From positions 300,001-332,000 of the forward strand of contig CP013062.1 in assembly GCA_001430755.1 (NCBI GenBank): a stretch of DNA of 32,000 bases, given 5' to 3'. A program made the translations under genes and the position numbers. This stretch comes from Candidatus Peribacter riflensis. GTDB lineage: Bacteria > Patescibacteriota > Gracilibacteria > Peribacterales > Peribacteraceae. Positions 7,615-15,493 of this stretch are shown in pieces. A model generated the notes under the pieces. The model searched no databases and had not been told where the DNA came from. It saw nothing but the letters and a program-made list of their open reading frames with translations. Every line of letters starts with the position of its first letter. The first letter of the stretch is position 1.

Positions 7615-7839
7615 TTACTGCCCTGAAGGATTGGAACTTGGCAGAGGGCCATTGATATTCAGATTCACCGAGGGGGCCTCAGTGGCATCCGCAAGAGGTC
7701 GATTATTGAATGGGAAGACCCGCATAACGTACAGCGCGATGCCCAGAACAACGAGAATGGCGACGATTGCAACGAGAGCGGTCAGTGAAGATGCAGTGCC
7801 GTTGTCATGCTGGACGTCGTGTTCGATGATGGTTGGCAT
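7615..7839 (-). CDS. Small single-pass membrane protein (hypothetical)
   Basis: 74-aa ORF with one clear transmembrane helix (LTALVAIVAILVVLGIALYVM). Same strand as, and directly downstream of, the DUF3494 gene. Confidence 0.35.
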   Translation of the reverse strand: MPTIIEHDVQHDNGTASSLTALVAIVAILVVLGIALYVMRVFPFNNRPLADATEAPSVNLNINGPLPSSNPSGQ

Positions 7840-7889
7840 AGAGAAGTGGGGAAAAGAAGAAGTAAGGAAGAAATAAAAGAGAAAAAAGC

Positions 7890-9332
7890 TTAGTTCGCCG
7901 GAACGGTGACAGTGTTGCTCTGCAGTGTTACTGCACCGATGCGAGCGAGCAGTCGGCCATCCACTTTGGCGCCTGTTTGAAGCGAGATGGACTGGTCGGC
8001 AAGAATCGTCCCTTTGAACGTTGCATTTGTTCCAAGGTTTGCCGAGGTACCCACCTGCCAGAAAATATTGGCTGCCTTCGCCCCGCCGATGAGTACGATC
8101 TGTCGCCCGGCTGACACACTCAATGTCGATGCCACCTGAAAGACAAACACGGCATTGGCGTTGCCCTTGGCATCCAGTGTCAGATCACCGGAAGAGATCT
8201 CCAGTGATGACGTAGATTTATATAGGCCCGGGCTCAAGGTCGATCCGCCCAGATTTCCCGCGACACTCACCGGATTCGTGGAACGTCCTGCAAGGTCATT
8301 GTAGGCAATGGTGAGTGCCACTTTTGCCTGTGATGCCAGAGTATCCGTCACATGGATCGCACCTCCGTTCACAATCCCCGGTGCGAAGCCGGTGACCGCA
8401 GATCCCGGGCTGACGCCCAAATTTCCCGTTACGGTCGTTGGACCGGTATTGGTTACCGTTGAACCGGCCAATACACCGAATGTCGATGCGGCTCCCAACG
8501 ACACAGAAGACTGATTGGCATGGAGTGAGGTGTTCGCTGAAGAAGAGGTGACGCCGCACGAGAAATTCGCATATTCACTATTTCCGTCCAGCGTGGTGTA
8601 GGCATAGCCGCCACAAGAACTTTTCCAGGTCAGAGCAGTACCCCTTGGTCCTTTCACACCGGCGACGCAGGTCCCGATCCCGCTGCAGCCGAATGCGAGA
8701 GGGCTGTCTGAAGCAGTGGCGGTATCGCACCTCTGCTCCGTCGTCGCGCCACTGAAGACGCATTTGACTTGTTCTGTAACAAAGGCAGAGGTGGTGGAAT
8801 TGACGCATGTTCCATTCACACATGTCTTGGTCGGGCACGGTGCCGCAAAACATGCAATTTGCGGGCAATCAGTGTCTGCTGTGCATCGGGTGGACGGCGT
8901 GCATTGGCGAGCCAATGCAGTGCAGGCGATCGTTCCCGTTGCCCTCCCGCAGTTGCTTACATCAACCGGCGTCTGTGATTGCCAGCCATTCGTGCAAGCG
9001 CCCCAGGCGCATTTCCACTTTGGAGTGCAGGGTGTCGGAGACGACGAAGAGAAGCTTGCCCTGCTTGTACTGCGAGAACTCGCATGTCCATTATTCAACG
9101 CAACTGCCTGTTGCACGCATGTGCGAAATCGCAGACGGATTGCATGCCGATCTTCTGAACCGAAATTCAAACCAAAGACGCCATTGTGGTTTCTCTGGCG
9201 CAAACACACTTGCACCTGTTCGCCTGTCGCCCCCATTCTCTGACCTTGGGCGGATGCAAGCGTGAGGCCCATGAGGGAGAGCGCGGATGCCGCGATGAGC
9301 GTTGTACCTATACTGAAGCGTAATCGTGTCAT
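7890..9332 (-). CDS. Secreted protein with a Cys-rich N-terminal region and a C-terminal DUF3494 (ice-binding-like) beta-helix domain
   Basis: Signal peptide MTRLRFSIGTTLIAASALSLMGLTLASAQG. C-terminal half: ASTFGVLAGSTVTNTGPTTVTGNLGVSPGSAVTGF...AANIFWQVGTSANLGTNATFKGTILA...GRLLA, matching the DUF3494 pattern. Confidence 0.8.
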   Translation of the reverse strand: MTRLRFSIGTTLIAASALSLMGLTLASAQGQRMGATGEQVQVCLRQRNHNGVFGLNFGSEDRHAIRLRFRTCVQQAVALNNGHASSRSTSRASFSSSSPTPCTPKWKCAWGACTNGWQSQTPVDVSNCGRATGTIACTALARQCTPSTRCTADTDCPQIACFAAPCPTKTCVNGTCVNSTTSAFVTEQVKCVFSGATTEQRCDTATASDSPLAFGCSGIGTCVAGVKGPRGTALTWKSSCGGYAYTTLDGNSEYANFSCGVTSSSANTSLHANQSSVSLGAASTFGVLAGSTVTNTGPTTVTGNLGVSPGSAVTGFAPGIVNGGAIHVTDTLASQAKVALTIAYNDLAGRSTNPVSVAGNLGGSTLSPGLYKSTSSLEISSGDLTLDAKGNANAVFVFQVASTLSVSAGRQIVLIGGAKAANIFWQVGTSANLGTNATFKGTILADQSISLQTGAKVDGRLLARIGAVTLQSNTVTVPAN

Positions 9333-9350
9333 ACAAAATTGGGGGGGAAA

Positions 9351-9443
9351 GAAATGTCACAATGGTCGCGTGTCATTTTTGTGCAAGTGTCTGCGCACAC
9401 ACGAAGTCGCCGTGATGAAACCCTCCCGACACTCATCTGGACC
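9351..9443 (-). repeat. Leader element E1, copy B (93 nt)
   Basis: gaaatgtcacaatgg...gtctgcgcacacacgaagtcgccg...ctcatctggacc. It ends 18 nt upstream of ATG 9332 of the DUF3494 gene. Confidence 0.85.
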
Positions 9444-9548
9444 GGCCTTCGCCCGAAACCATGAGGAGCAATGAATTTGCTGTTCGTTATTGCTTTATGG
9501 AGGGGAGGCTACGGCCGGCAGGCCACTCTTCCTGCAAGACGAGATCGT

Positions 9549-10424
9549 TCAGGCAGGCAGTGCGGCTGCGCTGGCCGGCTTTTCCACTTTAGGCATCCAG
9601 CTGGTCAGAAAATCCATGGGCATGAGATCAATGATCTTTCGTGCCTGAAGTTCAGGTTCGAGGAATCTGTTGTTGTACTTCCACTCCATCTCTTTGAGGT
9701 AATACCCCGTATTCCGTTTCCAGATGCCATGGTGGCTGCGTACGCGCTCCCGGATCCATGTCCACAGTTGCTCCGTACCATCTTTCCCCTTTTCATCCTT
9801 CGTGAAACGGTGGAACTTGCCGCAGCAAATGAAACCGGCATAGCCCTCGTGGCGGCCAGCCGTTTTCTCTTTGGAGCCAAACATATGAAAGTGAAACACC
9901 GCTTCATCGTCTTTGAGCGGGTCAATGGTGACTTTGCCGCTCTCGTGCAACTGCACGCCGAATACCGGCGGCTTTCCCTTCTCATCACCGGAACGGATTT
10001 TACTATTGCACCATCTGCACCGGGATTTGCCGTGCACGACCTGTACGTCTCCTCCATGAGAAGAGAGGAGCTGGATTTTTTCCTGTGGCAGACTCTTTTC
10101 GACCAGAAGCTTGCGAAAGTGATCGTAGTAGGCAGCAACCAGCTTATAGCGATGATGCGTAATCTGCGACGTCCGGTGTGCCGAAAAATCGAGGCAGAAA
10201 CAGAGGAGGATCTCGGCACACTGCTGCAGCTTGTTGATTGCTGTCACTTTGTGGATACGAAACTTCTTGCCGCACGTGGTGCACTTTCTGCGTCCGTCCC
10301 CCAGGGTATTCAGTTTCGTTCGAATCCCGCAATAAGGGCAAAGGAGGTGACGCGAGGTATCACTTTGGGTTGGACGCACTTTGTCCCTGAGGTGCGGTAG
10401 GAGAGAATCCGCGTTAATAATCAT
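9549..10424 (-). CDS. IS1595-family (ISXO2-like) transposase-like protein; the catalytic triad may be degenerate
   Basis: N-terminal zinc ribbon CPYCG...CTTCGKKF. C-terminal block ...EQLWTWIRERVRSHHGIWKRNTGYYLKEMEWKYNNR matches the N.iEgfWs.lKr....hGv.....yl.E..frYNnR signature. Where family members have vEiDEty, this protein has VQVVHGK. Confidence 0.65.
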   Translation of the reverse strand: MIINADSLLPHLRDKVRPTQSDTSRHLLCPYCGIRTKLNTLGDGRRKCTTCGKKFRIHKVTAINKLQQCAEILLCFCLDFSAHRTSQITHHRYKLVAAYYDHFRKLLVEKSLPQEKIQLLSSHGGDVQVVHGKSRCRWCNSKIRSGDEKGKPPVFGVQLHESGKVTIDPLKDDEAVFHFHMFGSKEKTAGRHEGYAGFICCGKFHRFTKDEKGKDGTEQLWTWIRERVRSHHGIWKRNTGYYLKEMEWKYNNRFLEPELQARKIIDLMPMDFLTSWMPKVEKPASAAALPA

Positions 10425-10460
10425 CGTAGGGGCGGAAGAGGAACCCTTTGAACGATCAGT

Positions 10461-10528
10461 ATAGTCCTTTTTCAGAAGAAAAGGCGCGAGATCGATATCT
10501 CATCGACATAATTTCATTATGTTGCTCA
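10461..10528 (-). repeat. Leader element E2, copy B (upstream of the transposase-like ORF)
   Basis: atagtCCTTTTTCagaaGAAAAGGcgcgagatcgatatctcatcgacataatttcattatgttgctcag. Confidence 0.8.
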
Positions 10529-10632
10529 GAAACTTTGCATCGGTCTCCAGATGAATCTCCTGTGCATCTGTGCATTTCTTTCTGGCCTCCACTGCGCTCA
10601 CTTTTTTGAAGAAGTCAGTCTCACATCATCTG

Positions 10633-11346
10633 TCAGCTCTGGATGAATACCGGAATCCCGATATCCGCCCATTCATAAATCTCATTCGCTTCATCAGGAA
10701 GAAAGCGCACGCATCCGTGAGAAACCGGTACGCCGATGTGACTCAGTGCTTCGCTCCAGAATCCGGAACTCTCTGCCGATACTCCCAAATAGGGAAGGCT
10801 GTGGAGTCCGAATGCACTGTTCTTCGTGAACGACATATATTTCGGCATGCGGTACGGAACTGCCTGACCGCTCACGCGCAGGTCCTCTTTCTTGTAGATC
10901 TGAAATTCCCCCCGTGGGGTCGGCGTGGCCGGAGCACCAGAGCTGATCTGGTACGTTTTCACGATGATCCCGTACTCGGTGAGGAATGCTTCCTGTGTTC
11001 CCAGATAAATCCAAATAGCCTTTGCCCCGGAGGCGACTGTTGGATCGAGGAGCCCCGTTGCGCCCGACTCCGTAGATTGCGTAACGGGAATGTCTGAGGA
11101 AGGCAGGAATGGCGTGTCTGCCCTTTGAGAACCTGTGCTGCCGGATTTCTTATTGATCCGCCGATTGAGCCTGCAAGAGATATCACAGGCATACGTCCGG
11201 GGAGTTGCGCGAGACGCCGCAGTTGCAACCCTTGTTTCGACGACGTGCCCCGCGTCCGTCTGTTGTTCCTTGGCGATCACCACTGCTGCGTATCCCGTGA
11301 GGAGGAGGGTGGTGATCGCGGCCAGTGCTGTTTTGAGATGTATCAT
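10633..11346 (-). CDS. L,D-transpeptidase (YkuD-fold) with signal peptide
   Basis: The start at cat 11344-11346 gives MIHLKTALAAITTLLLTGYAAVVIA. The catalytic block is ...FGLHSLPY...IGVPVSHGCVRFLPDEANEIYEW (the SHGC[VI]R motif). Confidence 0.85.
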   Translation of the reverse strand: MIHLKTALAAITTLLLTGYAAVVIAKEQQTDAGHVVETRVATAASRATPRTYACDISCRLNRRINKKSGSTGSQRADTPFLPSSDIPVTQSTESGATGLLDPTVASGAKAIWIYLGTQEAFLTEYGIIVKTYQISSGAPATPTPRGEFQIYKKEDLRVSGQAVPYRMPKYMSFTKNSAFGLHSLPYLGVSAESSGFWSEALSHIGVPVSHGCVRFLPDEANEIYEWADIGIPVFIQS

Positions 11347-11370
11347 GGCGCTCAACTGTCGGTGATTAAA

Positions 11371-11468
11371 GAAATGAACTTTCACAATAGATGTGTGCGA
11401 CTTTTGCGCAAGAGCAAGCGCATACACAGAGTCGCCAGTGTCGGCCTCTCTCGGCGCTTATCTGGACT
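11371..11468 (-). repeat. Leader element E1, copy C (98 nt)
   Basis: gaaatgaactttcacaatagatgtgtgcgacttttgcgcaag...gtcgccag...cttatctggact. It ends 24 nt upstream of ATG 11346. Confidence 0.9.
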
Positions 11469-11625
11469 GCGTGTGTATTGTTTCGTTCGTGTACTCACGC
11501 TGAGACGAAGAAAGCGGTGAGGAGTGGCGCTTGGGATCGGACGCGTTTCTTCCTTAAGATGCGGCAGAAAAATAGACAGTGGTCATCACTGTGGAAGCGG
11601 GATCGAGCGATTGCCAGCTTTCGCA

Positions 11626-11694
11626 ATAGTCCTTTTTACAGAGAAAGGATGAGAAATACATATCCGGTCGACAATCATCCATGATGTTGCTTGG
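11626..11694 (-). repeat. Leader element E2, copy C
   Basis: atagtCCTTTttacagagAAAGGatgagaaatacatatccggtcgacaatcatccatgatgttgcttgg. Confidence 0.8.
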
Positions 11695-11782
11695 AGGTTT
11701 CTTTTTGGCCATGCACATGCGGCAATCTTTTGCAGAGGGTCATAATGAAGGACTCGTCAATGACACATTTTTGCGGCGATCG

Positions 11783-11788
11783 TATACT
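11783..11788 (+). promoter_or_regulatory. Candidate -10 box (TATACT) 8 nt before the zwf-gnd ATG, implying a leaderless or near-leaderless transcript
   Basis: TATACT-ggccgcct-ATG(11797). No Shine-Dalgarno sequence can fit in the gap. Confidence 0.3.
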
Positions 11789-11796
11789 GGCCGCCT

Positions 11797-14196
11797 ATGC
11801 AGGAGAATTCCCGCAACAATATCCCCACCATCATCGTGGTCCTGGGGGCAACCGGCGACCTCATGGCGAAGAAAATCGTCCCGTCCCTTCTGCACTTGTC
11901 TTCGGAGGACAAGATTCCCAACAAGTTCAGGGTGGTGGGCTTTGCGCGTCGCGATCTCACCGATGATGCCTTCCGGGAACATATTGCATCCATTGTCGCG
12001 GAGCACAAGGAGCAGCATCCCACGGACTTGGATCCGCAGGATTTCCTCAAGCTCTTCTCGTACCATTCCGGCGATTTTGAACAGGTCGCAGCCTATCGGG
12101 GGCTCCAATCCAAACTGCAGGCGATTGATGCCGAGTGGGGGGTGTGCACGAACAAGGTGTACTACCTTGCGGTCCCACCCGAAAAATTTGCGTCCATTTT
12201 TGAAGGTCTGGCCGCAACCGGGCTCAACAAGCCCTGCGGCGGTGCGTACGGCTGGACACGCATGCTCATCGAAAAGCCGTTCGGTCATGACGGCGCTTCA
12301 GCGGAGAAATTGGAGCAGCTGCTGTCACGCTACTTTCAGCAAGAACAGATTTATCGCATCGATCACTATCTGGCCAAGGAGCTCATTCAGGGCATTTCAC
12401 ATTTTCGTTTTTCGAATACGCTGCTCGAATCGTCGTGGAGCAACCGGGACATCGAGAAAATCGAAATCCGACTGCTCGAAAACATCGGCGTGGAAACGCG
12501 CGGCAGTTTTTACGAAAGTGTCGGAGCGCTGAAAGACGTAGGGGAGAACCATGTTCTCGAAATGCTGGCCGCGATCACCATGGATGCCCCGGTGAGCATG
12601 AGCATAGAAGAATTGCACGAGAAGCGTGCGGAGCTGATGAACACGCTCAAGCCGTGGACGCTCGAAGACATACGGCAGAACACCTACCGCGCTCAGCATG
12701 ACGGCTATCGGACGATCAAGGGTGTTCGCAGCGATTCCACTGCGGAAACGTATTTCAAGCTGAAGACCGAATTACTGCATCCCGCCTGGCAGGGCGTGCC
12801 CATCACCCTCGAGGCCGGCAAGCGCTGCCCCGCCTCCCGCAAAGAGATTGTGGTGACGTTCAGGCATCCGCATGCCTGCCTCATGTGTTCGCGGGATCAT
12901 CGCATCCAGAACCGGGTGGTGTTTGCGCTGGAGCCCGAAGAGAAAATTTCGATCCACTTCTGGACCAAGAAATCGGGCTACGAACACACGCTGGAGGAAC
13001 GCACGTTCGATTTCTTCGTCCACAAGAGAACATCCCGGGTGAAGTACGTCGAGGAATACAGCAAATTGATTTTCTCCTGCATTCTCGGCGACCAGACGGT
13101 GTTCTTAAGTCCCGATGAAGTCCGGGCGCAGTGGAGGTTCGCCGATCCGCTTGTGCGTGCCTGGAAGCAGAATGTCGTGCCGCTCCACCACTACAAGCCC
13201 GGCACCAGCGAAATATTCGAGGCATCTGCGCACATCGGCGCAGAGCCCAAGACAACGGCTCTCGTGAAAGAAATGGCCATTGTGGGCCTGGGTAAGATGG
13301 GGGCGAACATGAGCCGGCGCATGATGGAGCAGGGCTGGCGCGTGGTGGGGTTTAACCGGTCACCGGAAGTCACCAAGGCATTGGCAAAGGAGGGTCTGGT
13401 GCCCGCGATGACGCTTGCAGAGGCGGTGCAGAAACTTCCCGACAGAAAGATCATCTGGCTCATGGTTCCAGCCGGTCAGGCGGTGGATGACGTGCTGTTT
13501 GGCGCAGAAGGGCTTTCTCGTATCCTGAAGCGCGGAGACATCGTCATCGATGGCGGCAATTCCTACTACAAAGACACCGTTGCCCGTGCGAAAAAACTCC
13601 ACCGTCTCGGGATCAGGTTTCTGGATTGCGGAACGTCCGGCGGACCGAATGGTGCCCGCGGCGGCGCCTGTCTGATGATCGGCGGGGAGCGAAAAGATTT
13701 CGAAGACAGCGAGACGCTGTTCAAGGATTTCGCCTTGCCGAACGGCTATCAGTTTTTTCCCGGTCATGGTGCCGGCCACTTCGTGAAGATGGTTCACAAC
13801 GGCATCGAGTACGGCATGATGCAGGCCATCGGAGAGGGTTTCGCATTGATGAAGAAAGTTCCGTACAAGCTGGATCTGGCTCGCGTCGCGGACGTATACA
13901 ACCATGGCAGCGTCATCGAGTCGCGGCTGATCGGCTGGCTGGAGGAAGCACTCCAACTCTACGGCCAGGATCTGAAAGCGGTGTCCGGCTCGGTGCAGCA
14001 ATTGGGGGAGGGAGCATGGACGGTGAAGACGGCGAAGCAAATGAAGATTCCCGCGCAGGTGATCGAGAGCGCGCTCAATTTCCGCTACCACTCCGAGCAG
14101 CACCCCAGCTTCACGGGCAAGATCGTTTCCGCGCTCAGAAACCGCTTCGGCGGGCATGCCGTTTCGGCAAAGCCGAAGAAGAAGCGGGCCGGTTGA
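11797..14196 (+). CDS. zwf-gnd: Fusion protein: glucose-6-phosphate 1-dehydrogenase (aa 1 to about 490) plus short-form 6-phosphogluconate dehydrogenase (aa 493-799)
   Basis: Zwf motifs: VLGATGDLMAKK, LIEKPFGHD, YRIDHYLAKE. From the in-frame ATG at 13273: MAIVGLGKMGANM (Rossmann), GGNSYY, DCGTSGG, GHFVKMVHNGIEYG (Gnd/YqeC-type). There is no stop anywhere between the two halves. Confidence 0.85.
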   Translation: MQENSRNNIPTIIVVLGATGDLMAKKIVPSLLHLSSEDKIPNKFRVVGFARRDLTDDAFREHIASIVAEHKEQHPTDLDPQDFLKLFSYHSGDFEQVAAYRGLQSKLQAIDAEWGVCTNKVYYLAVPPEKFASIFEGLAATGLNKPCGGAYGWTRMLIEKPFGHDGASAEKLEQLLSRYFQQEQIYRIDHYLAKELIQGISHFRFSNTLLESSWSNRDIEKIEIRLLENIGVETRGSFYESVGALKDVGENHVLEMLAAITMDAPVSMSIEELHEKRAELMNTLKPWTLEDIRQNTYRAQHDGYRTIKGVRSDSTAETYFKLKTELLHPAWQGVPITLEAGKRCPASRKEIVVTFRHPHACLMCSRDHRIQNRVVFALEPEEKISIHFWTKKSGYEHTLEERTFDFFVHKRTSRVKYVEEYSKLIFSCILGDQTVFLSPDEVRAQWRFADPLVRAWKQNVVPLHHYKPGTSEIFEASAHIGAEPKTTALVKEMAIVGLGKMGANMSRRMMEQGWRVVGFNRSPEVTKALAKEGLVPAMTLAEAVQKLPDRKIIWLMVPAGQAVDDVLFGAEGLSRILKRGDIVIDGGNSYYKDTVARAKKLHRLGIRFLDCGTSGGPNGARGGACLMIGGERKDFEDSETLFKDFALPNGYQFFPGHGAGHFVKMVHNGIEYGMMQAIGEGFALMKKVPYKLDLARVADVYNHGSVIESRLIGWLEEALQLYGQDLKAVSGSVQQLGEGAWTVKTAKQMKIPAQVIESALNFRYHSEQHPSFTGKIVSALRNRFGGHAVSAKPKKKRAG

Positions 14197-14233
14197 TGCG
14201 GCTTTCGAGTCACAGAGTCCATTCCTGCCTGCG

Positions 14234-15283
<1,050 letters not shown>

Positions 15284-15312
15284 GGCAGATGACTATAATC
15301 TTAGCCACCAAA

Positions 15313-15426
15313 GACCTCCAGGGGGCCGAAGGCCGGCCTTTGGTCCCACAACCTGGCGCTCTAAGCCCGAAGGGCGCCCCTAGGGCCCAACTGAGCTACC
15401 TGCCTGCCGGCAGGCAGGCGCCCGCC
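15313..15426 (-). pseudogene. tRNA-His 5' copy (positions -1 to 48, no T-arm or 3' acceptor) interrupted by three GC-rich palindromic insertions
   Basis: Four blocks (8+12+19+11 = 50 nt) are 50/50 identical to the intact tRNA-His. The insertions are 15399-15418 (cctgcctgccggcaggcagg, a perfect 20-nt palindrome), 15365-15386 (22 nt, two GCCC/GGGC hairpins) and 15324-15345 (22 nt, a GGCC-TTC-GGCC hairpin). Confidence 0.8.
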
Positions 15427-15493
15427 ACTGACGGACATCCTAGTGAGAACTTGCGTCGCTTTCCAGCCTCTCTCAGGATTTCTTTTTGTCCTT

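Noticed and set aside
7463-7652. ORFs at 7300-7608(-), 7323-7652(-) and 7466-7876(+) in the region upstream of the SLH/CHRD gene.
   Set aside because: They overlap one another and the true N-terminus of the 627-aa gene. Their sequences are Pro/Arg/Ser-rich and implausible, and they are most likely intergenic noise.
9444-10460. I searched the flanks of the IS1595-like ORF for terminal inverted repeats.
   Set aside because: I found only weak matches (ctcttcctgc versus cctcttccgc). These are not enough to call IS ends, so no mobile_element boundaries are reported.
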